DNA from: Escherichia phage HelliStehle_Bas95
Sequence record: PQ850607.1
Length of the DNA: 56,332 nucleotides
Reading direction: 5' to 3' (one strand)
Position 1 is the stretch's first letter; every line of letters starts with the position of its first letter. Below are positions 19,933 to 28,692 of the stretch, piece after piece. Both the position numbers and the translations under genes were made by a program. The notes beneath the pieces were generated by a model that made no database searches, was not told the origin of the DNA, and saw nothing but the letters and a program-made list of their open reading frames with translations.

Positions 19933-20450
19933 TGGGACTCAGCCAAGAATACATCCAGCGTCAACAGGCGCTGGCAGCACTGGTAACACAGTACAAAGCC
20001 GACGGCATTGATCATAACCAGGCGTGGAAGAAAGCCGAGCAAGTATACGACAGTGGTCAGTGGCAACCAGCAGTATCCGCTATCCAGAACGGTACCTGGG
20101 ATTCCGCTACGTCAGCACCACAGGCGCAAACCACGCAAACCACCCCGGCTGTAGATCCGGCAGGTAGTTACGCATCCACCGGGTCACAGTCAGTTCGCTA
20201 CCGTGGCTCGACGTCGCAGTCACGCGTCGGTAGTGATACTCGCGTACGTGGTGGTGTTGGCGATGTGGGTGAAGAAACTGCTAACATGGGTACTGCCATG
20301 CAACAGGCTGCTAACGAGGGCAAGCAAGTGGCCACTCCGGTAACCGAGCAAAACGTATCGTGGCAGGCTACACGTCAACCTACCGACCTAGCGTCAGTGC
20401 GTCAACGTGTGTTACAGTCAGTTTCCAATAACGTCAGAGGTGCACAATAA
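19932..20450 (+). CDS. hypothetical protein
   Basis: ATG at 19932 overlapping upstream stop (TAATG). Confidence 0.5.
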   Translation: MGLSQEYIQRQQALAALVTQYKADGIDHNQAWKKAEQVYDSGQWQPAVSAIQNGTWDSATSAPQAQTTQTTPAVDPAGSYASTGSQSVRYRGSTSQSRVGSDTRVRGGVGDVGEETANMGTAMQQAANEGKQVATPVTEQNVSWQATRQPTDLASVRQRVLQSVSNNVRGAQ

Positions 20451-21133
20451 TGTCAATGATGGATGCTATGAGCATGGGCGCACAGCCTGAACAACCTCAG
20501 CAGCCGCAGGGAGGCCAGCAACCGGGGCAATCTTTCATGCGCATGGGTGGCGATGACCCTGAAGAAATGCAGGCGCTTTTCACCAAAGTGATGACGCTCA
20601 TTTCTGAAGAGATTTGGGAAGGTCAGGGTGCCGACCAGGTTACCGCTCAACTGGTACAGGATGACTCCGAACCCGCTGAAGTTGTCGGCAAGTTTGTCGG
20701 ATTCTACATTCTCATGGCGATGTCAGCAGCTAAAACGAAAGGCGGCATGTTGCCCCCAATCGTACTGGTGGCCGCAGCAGGTGAGACGTCAAGCCAGCTT
20801 ACCGACATCGCGTTGATGCTCAAGCTGATCAGTCCTGAAGAAGCTGACGACGTGGCGGATGCCGGGGCGCTGATCGGTCTGGAAGTATTGCTGGCTAACG
20901 GCGGTAACCAGATGGAAGGTGACGAGTACCAGGAGTTTGCCGACATCACTAAGGCGATCATCAATGCTTCACCTGACGCTCAGGAAATGGCAGCAGACGG
21001 CGCTGAAGATGCAATCGAAGACTTCGAAGAAATGGGCGCACCTGAAGACAGCGGTGAAGAAGAAATGGTGCAAGAAGATATTGATGACGACGTTAAACCG
21101 CGGGGCATGGCCGCTGCAATGGGAGGCATGTAA
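20450..21133 (+). CDS. hypothetical acidic protein
   Basis: 227 aa, Asp/Glu-rich. Confidence 0.5.
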   Translation: MSMMDAMSMGAQPEQPQQPQGGQQPGQSFMRMGGDDPEEMQALFTKVMTLISEEIWEGQGADQVTAQLVQDDSEPAEVVGKFVGFYILMAMSAAKTKGGMLPPIVLVAAAGETSSQLTDIALMLKLISPEEADDVADAGALIGLEVLLANGGNQMEGDEYQEFADITKAIINASPDAQEMAADGAEDAIEDFEEMGAPEDSGEEEMVQEDIDDDVKPRGMAAAMGGM

Positions 21134-22116
21134 TGAGCATCGGTGAAGCACTGGCGTCAATGTTTGCGGGTGCCGCTGGCGAAGCAGCAGGTAATCGGGC
21201 GGTAGAGATCCGCGACGAAGAAAAGGCACGCATCGCTGAAGCACGCGAAATGAAAATGATGGCACTCCAGCAGAAGTACCAGACGTCCGAGCGTGAGGCC
21301 AGTCAGGCTTACGGCACCGCTGAGCGTCAGGATACTCAGGGTTGGCAGTCTGGCGAGAAGCAGAAAGACCGTGACTTCCAGTCGTCTGAACGTGCTGCGT
21401 CTCAATCCTTCCAGGCGGTACAATCGGATAAAGCGCGTGCTTACCAGGACGCTAAAGAGAAGAAAGCGCAACTGGCGGCACAACAAGAATCCGCAGCGGC
21501 GGTAGGTAGTGTTGACGATTTAGGTAACGCTATCAAACTCGACGGTACACCTTATAAATTGGGTGGCCAGTGGTTGCGCGCTAAACAGTATGCTAACGGT
21601 CGCATTGTGGCTGAACCGCTGGGTGCTACCGCTGCCGAGAAGATGGATAGACGCGTAGCGCTTGAGAATGACGACGGTGACACGCAGAAGTCTCGTGATC
21701 TCACAATCGTTAAAGAAGGTATTAAATCCGGCGACACAACAGGTGTATTCGGTTCGTTTATCAACGCAGGCAACATGGCAGGTGACCTGGCGAGTGCTAA
21801 ACTCGGTAGCGAGAAATCACGCGATGTTTACAACGCTGTAAACCGTATCAATGGTGCGTTGTTGGCACAAGGCGTGGCCGATGCGAAAGCGATGGGTGCA
21901 TCGGGCATCAACACCGCGGCAGAAGCACAGATGTACTTCAAAGGATTGCCGTCGCTTGACTTGTCAAGCCCCGAAGCAGCAATGCGTGCCATTAACCAAA
22001 TCGATGCGTATAATAAAGACTTCAAGCAAAAGCAGCGGCAAGAAGTCGGGCTACCAGCGAACCCCGTGTCTAAACAAAGTAGCGACGGGTCGTTCGGTAG
22101 CAAATACGGTTATTGA
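21133..22116 (+). CDS. hypothetical virion protein
   Basis: 327 aa. Confidence 0.5.
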   Translation: MSIGEALASMFAGAAGEAAGNRAVEIRDEEKARIAEAREMKMMALQQKYQTSEREASQAYGTAERQDTQGWQSGEKQKDRDFQSSERAASQSFQAVQSDKARAYQDAKEKKAQLAAQQESAAAVGSVDDLGNAIKLDGTPYKLGGQWLRAKQYANGRIVAEPLGATAAEKMDRRVALENDDGDTQKSRDLTIVKEGIKSGDTTGVFGSFINAGNMAGDLASAKLGSEKSRDVYNAVNRINGALLAQGVADAKAMGASGINTAAEAQMYFKGLPSLDLSSPEAAMRAINQIDAYNKDFKQKQRQEVGLPANPVSKQSSDGSFGSKYGY

Positions 22117-22122
22117 TTCAAG

Positions 22123-22142
22123 CCGCCCTACGGGGCGGTTTT
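22123..22142 (+). terminator. intra-operon terminator/attenuator hairpin
   Basis: CCGCCC-tacg-GGGCGG followed by TTTT. Confidence 0.5.
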
Positions 22143-22157
22143 CACAGGAGTACTATC

Positions 22158-24362
22158 ATGGCACGTCCTTTTTCTGAAATCGCAGCATCCCCCGAGTTTC
22201 AGGCTGAAACACCGGAGACTCAGGAAGCAATCAAACAAGACTATTTCAATAAGGTGATCCGCCCACAGGTTGAGGCCAATGGGGACGACCCTGACGAGGT
22301 TTTCAACGACTTCTCGTCAAAGTACACATTCAAACAACCTGAAGCGCCTGTGCAGCAACCTGAAGCGCCTGTGCCGCAACAACAGGTTCAACCTTCACCG
22401 GAAGAACAGCAGGCCGCAGCAACCGTTCAGAACTATCTGAACAAGCCCGCTGAAACAGGTTACACCCTGGCCTCATCAGGTAGTGAACCACAGGAAACTA
22501 ATACCGGTATCATCGGTGCTATCAAAAATGCTGTTACTGGTGGTGACGCGGCGGAAGGTAGTGCCGCAAGTTTACCTCTGGCAGGTGAAGCGCCTGAGTT
22601 CTTTGGTAACGGTGTGGACGAAGAACTGAAGAACGGCGACGCACTAGACCAAATGCTCAATTGGGCTGGCAACAGGCTCGGAGGCATCGCTACGAATATG
22701 TTTGGTGGTGACGATTCAATCATCAAACGTGCGGAGTCTCGCGGTGGTAAGGTGTCACAGGATGAGCAGGGTAATGTAATCATTACTTTCCCGTCGGGTA
22801 AATATCAGGTTAACAAACCCGGTCTGGACATCAACGACGTTGCTAAATTTACGGCACAGGCAGCCCCTGCGGTCGCTACAGGTGGAGCGGGTGCAGCATT
22901 AGGTCTCGGCGGACGAATGGTCGCGCAGGGAGCGATTCAGGGCGGTTTAAACTACGCTCAGCAAAAAGCTGTAGAAGCTGGCGACGGTCAGAATGTTGAC
23001 ATGGGTGATGTTGCACTTAACGCGACACTGGGTGGTACTGGTGAGTTACTTGGCCCGGCCCTGCGCGGTGGTCGTGAAATTTTCAAACGCGGCTTAGGTA
23101 ATGCTGACGAGGCCACGAAAGAAGCGTTGAAGATTGCCGACGAAACAGGTATCCCAATCGCCACTTCCGACATGATTGCCGCAGGTGATCTCGGTGGCGG
23201 TGTAACAAAATACGCATCTGCGGTTACAGACAAGCTCGACCCGTTTGCCGCAGGTCGCCTGCGGCAACAGGAACTGATCCCGGAAAAGACCGCCGACATT
23301 TTTGTTGACCCTGAAGTCGCCGCAAAATATACAGACGAAGCTATGATTGAAGCGCTTGATAAAGGTAGTCGCGCACGCATGGCCGACGCTGGTAAACGCT
23401 TCGAAGAAGTGAAGACAGCTATGGGTGACCAGCCGATTCCCGTCCGAAATACCTCAGCGGCTATTGACGACGTGCTGAAAGAATGGGAACGCCCTGGGAC
23501 ACTCGTCGACAAAGGTGACATTGAATACCTGAAAGACATTCAGGCGAAGCTCACAGAAGCGCCACAAGATGTGATTATGCTTCGCGAAAACCGCACGCGC
23601 CTGCGTCAGTCGTTCGGATCCGGTATGAACAAAATGCTGGGTAAAAATGACCTTCAGAAAGCAGGGCGTAAAATTTACGACGCTTTGACTAAGGACATGC
23701 ACGAAGGTGTTGAAAACACGCTGGGTGCTGATGCTTTGACAACGCTCAAATCGGCCGACAAAGACTGGGCGTCTATCAATAGCGATTTAGGTTTCCAGAA
23801 AATTGCGGCAGCCGTTAAGAAAGGCGAGGCCGACCCCGCGCGACTGCGTGAAACGTTAACATCATTCGGCACGGGCGATCTACAAGCGCTTGACCGCAAT
23901 CTCAACGCCGAAGGTCGGAATATGATCAAAGGCGCTGTACATAAAAACTTAATGGCAGCTGCAACCAACGCTGACGGAGAATTTCAACCAGGGGCAATGT
24001 TGCGTGCCATTGAGAAAAACAAGGACGTCATCAAGCAGTTCTACACTCCCGAACAGGCCAAGCAGATTGAAGGTGTGAAGAAACTTCTGTCCACTGCGCG
24101 CGGTGCTAAGGCTGCAACGACCATTGCTAACAACGGTGGCTTGATGCTTCCTATCACTGCGGCGATGGGTGTTGGTTCGGCGGGAATCGGTGGTATTGCG
24201 GCGGCTGCGGGTGGTATTGCGGCTAAACGTTTGAGTAACTCTCGCCCAATGCGAAACGCGCTGATTCGTCTGTCCACCATGAAACCCGGCAGCATGGCCT
24301 ATTACAAGACAGTGAGACAAATCAACGCGATCATCGCGAATCAAGCATCTACCGACGAGTGA
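22158..24362 (+). CDS. large virion protein (possible internal/injection protein)
   Basis: 735 aa from ATG 22158 with SD ACAGGAG; last gene of the + morphogenesis block. Confidence 0.5.
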   Translation: MARPFSEIAASPEFQAETPETQEAIKQDYFNKVIRPQVEANGDDPDEVFNDFSSKYTFKQPEAPVQQPEAPVPQQQVQPSPEEQQAAATVQNYLNKPAETGYTLASSGSEPQETNTGIIGAIKNAVTGGDAAEGSAASLPLAGEAPEFFGNGVDEELKNGDALDQMLNWAGNRLGGIATNMFGGDDSIIKRAESRGGKVSQDEQGNVIITFPSGKYQVNKPGLDINDVAKFTAQAAPAVATGGAGAALGLGGRMVAQGAIQGGLNYAQQKAVEAGDGQNVDMGDVALNATLGGTGELLGPALRGGREIFKRGLGNADEATKEALKIADETGIPIATSDMIAAGDLGGGVTKYASAVTDKLDPFAAGRLRQQELIPEKTADIFVDPEVAAKYTDEAMIEALDKGSRARMADAGKRFEEVKTAMGDQPIPVRNTSAAIDDVLKEWERPGTLVDKGDIEYLKDIQAKLTEAPQDVIMLRENRTRLRQSFGSGMNKMLGKNDLQKAGRKIYDALTKDMHEGVENTLGADALTTLKSADKDWASINSDLGFQKIAAAVKKGEADPARLRETLTSFGTGDLQALDRNLNAEGRNMIKGAVHKNLMAAATNADGEFQPGAMLRAIEKNKDVIKQFYTPEQAKQIEGVKKLLSTARGAKAATTIANNGGLMLPITAAMGVGSAGIGGIAAAAGGIAAKRLSNSRPMRNALIRLSTMKPGSMAYYKTVRQINAIIANQASTDE

Positions 24363-24964
24363 TTACGGAAAGGGGTGTTGTACAGCCCCTTAATTTCTTT
24401 AATTGCTGCGGTCACGTTCGTAAACCAGACGATTCTAGCAAAGAACACGACCCCCAACGTACACCATGAAATGAACCATGTCATCGGGTCCATAACACCG
24501 AAGAATGCTGGCGCAAACGTCAGGGTGAACGCCATACCGACATAACCTACAACATTCATGACAGCATTAAACCACGACTTTTTAAGCATCTCGGTCATAG
24601 CAAAACGCATGGCTTCTTCTGTCAACTCTCCGCGATTAGTGCGCTTGATTTTGGATACGGTAGGTGTTTTCGACATGTTCAGGACAAACCACACACCACC
24701 AGTGATCACTAAAGTACCAACACTCAGTACATCAAAGGATAAACCTGCGACGATAAGTAACAGACCTACAGTCCAGTTGAAGGTGCGGGATGTACCGAAC
24801 AATGCGCCAAACACCGCCTGTGTAGTCCGCTGACCAACGTATTTCTTCAACGTCTCCAGGTCTTCAACTTTATAGCGATTTAACGACACTACGCGTACAG
24901 CGTGCAATCTGTTGTCAGCACCGTAGTATTTAACGTTTCTGTTTTTCTTCTCTGAATATTTCAT
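24341..24964 (-). CDS. polytopic membrane protein of unknown function
   Basis: 207 aa with about 4 hydrophobic helices; 3' end overlaps the convergent 735-aa gene. Confidence 0.5.
   Translation of the reverse strand: MKYSEKKNRNVKYYGADNRLHAVRVVSLNRYKVEDLETLKKYVGQRTTQAVFGALFGTSRTFNWTVGLLLIVAGLSFDVLSVGTLVITGGVWFVLNMSKTPTVSKIKRTNRGELTEEAMRFAMTEMLKKSWFNAVMNVVGYVGMAFTLTFAPAFFGVMDPMTWFISWCTLGVVFFARIVWFTNVTAAIKEIKGLYNTPFRNHSSVDA
24370..24391 (+). terminator. terminator hairpin closing the morphogenesis block
   Basis: AAGGGG...CCCCTT stem followed by AATTTCTTT. Confidence 0.5.
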
Positions 24965-25472
24965 AATTTTCTCTCACTATTCGTGTATAGCCGCGATTGT
25001 ATTTGAACTCTGGTCCCCAGTCTGTGACACGTGCCACATTGTGGAAATTATGCATTTCGATTCTGATTTGCGATTCTTTACAGCCAAACATGGCCGCTAT
25101 CTTGTCGCACCAGCTGAGATCCGTTTCAGCAATTCTGGCGACAACCTCATCGGCCACGGTTTGTGGAGAATCGATACCGTAAAGGTCTTCTATTTCCAGC
25201 CATAACTTAGTACCTGCCAGCCGCCTGGTCACCGACCACAACCATTGTGTATGTGCTGTTTGACCCAATGCTTTACGGGGTGACATATGCCCCAGTATTT
25301 CGTGCCTGGCGACTTCTTTCAGTCTGTAGGCAGGCATCGGGAAGAACACTACAGCTTCCTCACTGTACAGCGCCACCGCCTCAACGTTATAGGGCATCGG
25401 GTGAAACGACTCACACTTCAGATAATGAACGTCACATATACCGTCAACCAACCTGTCTACATAAGCACTCAT
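24930..25472 (-). CDS. HExxH-motif protein (putative ImmA/SprT-like zinc metallopeptidase)
   Basis: 180 aa containing VARHEILGHM; strong SD AAGGAGG; overlaps downstream membrane-protein gene. Confidence 0.45.
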   Translation of the reverse strand: MSAYVDRLVDGICDVHYLKCESFHPMPYNVEAVALYSEEAVVFFPMPAYRLKEVARHEILGHMSPRKALGQTAHTQWLWSVTRRLAGTKLWLEIEDLYGIDSPQTVADEVVARIAETDLSWCDKIAAMFGCKESQIRIEMHNFHNVARVTDWGPEFKYNRGYTRIVRENYEIFREEKQKR

Positions 25473-25492
25473 AGAGCCTCCTTTTCACGTCA

Positions 25493-25528
25493 AATATACT
25501 TGACGATGTTAACGCTGTCAAGTATATT
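25493..25528. promoter_or_regulatory. overlapping divergent sigma70-type promoters embedded in a 12-bp perfect inverted repeat
   Basis: + strand TTGACG-17-TATATT (25500-25528); - strand TTGACA-17-TATATT (25493-25522); AATATACTTGAC/GTCAAGTATATT dyad around GTTAAC. Confidence 0.6.
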
Positions 25529-25557
25529 CGGAAAACCACTAAACGGAGATCACATCA

Positions 25558-25769
25558 TGAATTTACCACCGTTACCACCATCGTCACAGATATTCAGAGA
25601 AACCCTGAAAATTGTCAGTGACGCTAAGTCACGCGGAGTAACCATCGGCAGCACTGTAAACTACGGCGGGTCGACGTATGTCGTCGATAAGTTTCACGGT
25701 AGGGCGGTACGTCTTCTTAACGACACAGGTGGCGCGATTATAGTTGACGTCAGAGAGGTCAACCGATAA
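25558..25769 (+). CDS. small hypothetical protein
   Basis: 70 aa; SD ACGGAG; downstream of + promoter. Confidence 0.5.
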
Positions 25770-25810
25770 GCTGTAGTTTCTCGATGACATTCCCTGTAGA
25801 TTGATAGCGC

Positions 25811-25841
25811 GCCCTTTCCACTTTGGTTAGGGCTTTTTTTT
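25811..25841 (+). terminator. rho-independent terminator
   Basis: GCCCT...AGGGC stem followed by T8. Confidence 0.5.
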
Positions 25842-25887
25842 GTGCTATTCTCTAGTCTGGAGTTACAGGGTGCATGGAGCATTTCAT

Positions 25888-26262
25888 ATGGACATGGGAT
25901 ATTACAACATGAACAAGCAGATTAGAGTGGAAATGCTTGTCGGCATGGTGACACTTGCATGGTCAATCGTGGCGGCAGTCTTCAAACAGCCGATCATTAT
26001 CGACGAGTTATCTGGTGTTATGCCGGGCGCATATTGGGTATTCTCAGGTATCGTAATCGGAGGCGCACAAATCTTCATCTCCCGCAATCCCGACCGATGG
26101 ATGGGAACATTCAGTCACTGGTGTGTAGCGTTCTTCAGTTGTATCTTCTGGTGTTATCTCGGCATGGCCGCACAGGCTGCCGCAGTAGGAGTTCTTCCCG
26201 TCCTGATTTTCTGGTCAACCGCTGGTATCACTTTATGGGAGTTGGCTCATGTTCGAACTTAG
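25888..26262 (+). CDS. membrane protein
   Basis: about 125 aa, several hydrophobic helices; start codon uncertain. Confidence 0.45.
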   Translation: MDMGYYNMNKQIRVEMLVGMVTLAWSIVAAVFKQPIIIDELSGVMPGAYWVFSGIVIGGAQIFISRNPDRWMGTFSHWCVAFFSCIFWCYLGMAAQAAAVGVLPVLIFWSTAGITLWELAHVRT

Positions 26263-26482
26263 TTCAATTCCTGTGGATGCGCCGTTACCTTTCATTGCCA
26301 TCGCTGTGTTATTCAACCTGGTGCGCCATGCGTTGAATCTTCACCACGAACGTAAGAAGGAAGCTGCGGAAGAGGCCACGAACGAAAGGATTGTTTTGTT
26401 GTCAGCTAAACTGGCGAGGGCGGAACAGACTATCGAGCACTTGAGGGAAGAAGTGGAACGCTTAGTAAACAAAGGGGCTTAA
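26249..26482 (+). CDS. small membrane-anchored coiled-coil protein
   Basis: 77 aa; N-terminal hydrophobic helix then charged helical region. Confidence 0.45.
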   Translation: MFELSSIPVDAPLPFIAIAVLFNLVRHALNLHHERKKEAAEEATNERIVLLSAKLARAEQTIEHLREEVERLVNKGA

Positions 26483-26493
26483 CGCCCCTTTTT
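26471..26493. terminator. bidirectional terminator shared by convergent genes
   Basis: AAAGGGGC-ttaac-GCCCCTTTTT; both stop codons (TAA 26480-26482 on +, TAA at 26479-26481 on -) lie in the loop. Confidence 0.6.
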
Positions 26494-26679
26494 AATACTC
26501 GCTGCAATTTTTAACTGCACAGGTACACGGTCAGGATCGCGGTGAATACCTACATCCGACGGTGCGGAAATGCGTAGACCGACGTTACCGTTCTCGGAGT
26601 TCTCCACCGTCACGACAATATCGTTACCGATGTAAACACTCTGACCTTCACGTCTGGTAATACGAAGTCCCTTAGCCAT
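26479..26679 (-). CDS. csrA: CsrA/RsmA-family RNA-binding regulator homologue
   Basis: 66 aa MAKGLRITRREGQSVYIGNDIVVTVENSENGNVGLRISAPSDVGIHRD matches CsrA pattern L-I-T-R-R-x-G-x4-I-G-x4-V-T-V...AP..V..HR. Confidence 0.75.
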   Translation of the reverse strand: MAKGLRITRREGQSVYIGNDIVVTVENSENGNVGLRISAPSDVGIHRDPDRVPVQLKIAASIKKGR

Positions 26680-26905
26680 TGATCTCCGCCTTAGCTTTCT
26701 TAGCTTTGATGACGCGACTAATCGCCACCAGTAAAGTGATAACACCAGACACGACCGGGAGATATTCCTCCGGTACCACAGCCTGGAATAAATGTGGGGC
26801 AGTTTGCCACACGATGAGTGCTGCGTCAGGTACGGTGGTCAGTACGGTGGTCACAGCGATACCAATAGTAATACCAGCATCATGCAATGCTTTAGATTTA
26901 TCCAT
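26672..26905 (-). CDS. holin-like small membrane protein
   Basis: 77 aa, two hydrophobic helices and basic C-terminus; immediately downstream of endolysin. Confidence 0.55.
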   Translation of the reverse strand: MDKSKALHDAGITIGIAVTTVLTTVPDAALIVWQTAPHLFQAVVPEEYLPVVSGVITLLVAISRVIKAKKAKAEING

Positions 26906-26961
26906 CGTGGATACTCCTTGATTTGGCGTCCTTGCCAGGATGAGCGACCCCGACTGGCCGC

Positions 26962-27492
26962 TTAGATATTGACGCGATTAGCAACCCACCCGTAAATGAA
27001 CGAGCGATTTTTAGCGTTGCTTTCGGTAAGCTCAATATACCGTACGCACTGGAGACTGTTAAGCATTTTCAGTAATACTTTAGTGCCAACGCTACCGCGT
27101 GAACGCAGGAAGTCTGCGAGGGCATTCACTGTACGCTTACCGATAGCACCATCCACTACGAGGCCAGCGCCTGACACAGCGTTGAGTGCACGCTGGAGGA
27201 ATTTACCAGCCACCGTCGGACCCATGTTCACGCCAGTGTCCACCACTTCCGCAGCTACAGCCGGGTCAAGTTCAGCCAGTCGGTGATAGCCGGGATTGAT
27301 CACGTAGTCTTTGTAGTAGATGTCGTAGGCTGTGGTAACAGGTAAGTCCCGCATGTTACCTTTATATCCGGCAGCACGGGCAACCTTTTCAGTGATGCCG
27401 TATTTGGTAGCGCCGCCCGGATCATTCGGATGGTCTACGTATCCACCTTCAACGCGAATAATCTCGTCGATGATTTCACGGATGCTTGTCAT
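26962..27492 (-). CDS. endolysin, glycoside hydrolase family 108 with C-terminal peptidoglycan-binding domain
   Basis: EGGYVDHPNDPGGATKYGIT signature near N-terminus; 176 aa. Confidence 0.8.
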   Translation of the reverse strand: MTSIREIIDEIIRVEGGYVDHPNDPGGATKYGITEKVARAAGYKGNMRDLPVTTAYDIYYKDYVINPGYHRLAELDPAVAAEVVDTGVNMGPTVAGKFLQRALNAVSGAGLVVDGAIGKRTVNALADFLRSRGSVGTKVLLKMLNSLQCVRYIELTESNAKNRSFIYGWVANRVNI

Positions 27493-28343
27493 AGCGTTGC
27501 TCCTTTTTCAGTTACGTATGGCTCGCAAACTTCTGCGAGGATGTCAAGATACCGACTGGCCTTGTCGTACTGCAACAGGATGTCGCCGCAGTCATCAGCT
27601 TCCTTATCCTTATCGTACGGTACCACCATATCGGTGTACCGGGTACACGCGAAGTAACCTTCGTCACCCGCGTAAGAGAAGTTGGCCGCCTGCACATTCG
27701 GGAAGTCCTTCAGCGTGGAGAACACCTTGTCGTTGCCTGACAGGTTTTCCATTTTGCGGAAGGTTGCCGTAGCTTTGAAAGCACCGTACAGGTCCAGGCT
27801 GTCGCCCAGTTCCAGAGGATGCTCATCTTCCCGGTCGATGTTCAGCGTAGCTCGTACCATTTGGCAAAACGCCGTAGGCTGGAGATAACTTTCAATCGGC
27901 AGGCTGTTAAAAGCCTGACGCAATAGTTGCGTGACCTTTTCAACCACACGGGGAGAAGCGCCCACAAAAAGAGCATCTCGATCTGGGTCATACGCCACCC
28001 AGCCGTAGTCGTTAGAAGGGAGTACGTTCTCCCACATTTCCGCTTTAACTTGTTCATAAATGGCATTGGATTCATCCCGGTTAAAAGTTTTATCTTTAGT
28101 GCGGCGAGCGAACTCAGCACGCAACCACTTGTCCGGCACCTTGCGTTTCTGGTACTGGAACTGTAGGAAGGTGATGCCCTTGTGTACCCAGGTCATCTCG
28201 TCCTGCATAGGGTTAGCCGCGATGAGGCCAATGCTTTCTTCGTTCCCTGCAGTGCACGGTTTGAAGTACGCATCCTCATTCGGCTTCGACAGGTCAAGTT
28301 CCTTCTCGACCGTGAACGCGGTGACTTTAAATTTTGCCGTCAT
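27489..28343 (-). CDS. hypothetical protein (weak resemblance to recombination-associated RdgC)
   Basis: 284 aa; call is tentative. Confidence 0.45.
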   Translation of the reverse strand: MTAKFKVTAFTVEKELDLSKPNEDAYFKPCTAGNEESIGLIAANPMQDEMTWVHKGITFLQFQYQKRKVPDKWLRAEFARRTKDKTFNRDESNAIYEQVKAEMWENVLPSNDYGWVAYDPDRDALFVGASPRVVEKVTQLLRQAFNSLPIESYLQPTAFCQMVRATLNIDREDEHPLELGDSLDLYGAFKATATFRKMENLSGNDKVFSTLKDFPNVQAANFSYAGDEGYFACTRYTDMVVPYDKDKEADDCGDILLQYDKASRYLDILAEVCEPYVTEKGATL

Positions 28344-28692
28344 GTTCTTCCCACCAGATTAATTTTTCCAGGCAGTCTTTCGCCTTGTTCAAATCTTCCA
28401 GACGCTTCGCCTTGTCGCCTTTCTTGCGCAGGTATTTAACCACGCTGAACTCCAGGCTACTCAGGTTGTTCACCATTGCATATTCGAAAGGTTGAATGCC
28501 TTTCTTATAGTGCTGGCCGCCCACCTGGTTATCCCACGGATTGACACGCGGCGCGACACTGAATGAATTACCAAACACTGTACCGGTATCAGTTTTCGGT
28601 ATACCCAGGTCGACACCACTGACCGCAGGCTTCCACGGGCAGTCAACGTTGTCGTGGTTTTTACCACAGGCTGAGCAATATGATTGAGTCAT
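28327..28692 (-). CDS. DUF3310-like phage protein with N-terminal zinc ribbon
   Basis: GGQHY..GIQP.EY ... KYLRKKGDKAKRLEDLNKA pattern. Confidence 0.55.
   Translation of the reverse strand: MTQSYCSACGKNHDNVDCPWKPAVSGVDLGIPKTDTGTVFGNSFSVAPRVNPWDNQVGGQHYKKGIQPFEYAMVNNLSSLEFSVVKYLRKKGDKAKRLEDLNKAKDCLEKLIWWEEHDGKI

Noticed and set aside
22158-24362. Tape measure protein of a siphovirus tail
   Set aside because: No upstream chaperone pair with slippery frameshift site and no major tail or tube genes in the expected order; gene order is more consistent with a podovirus-type internal protein
26249-26482. Spanin (Rz-like) assignment for the membrane-anchored coiled-coil protein
   Set aside because: Only 77 aa, encoded on the opposite strand from the endolysin and holin genes, and no embedded or adjacent lipoprotein (o-spanin) with a lipobox was found
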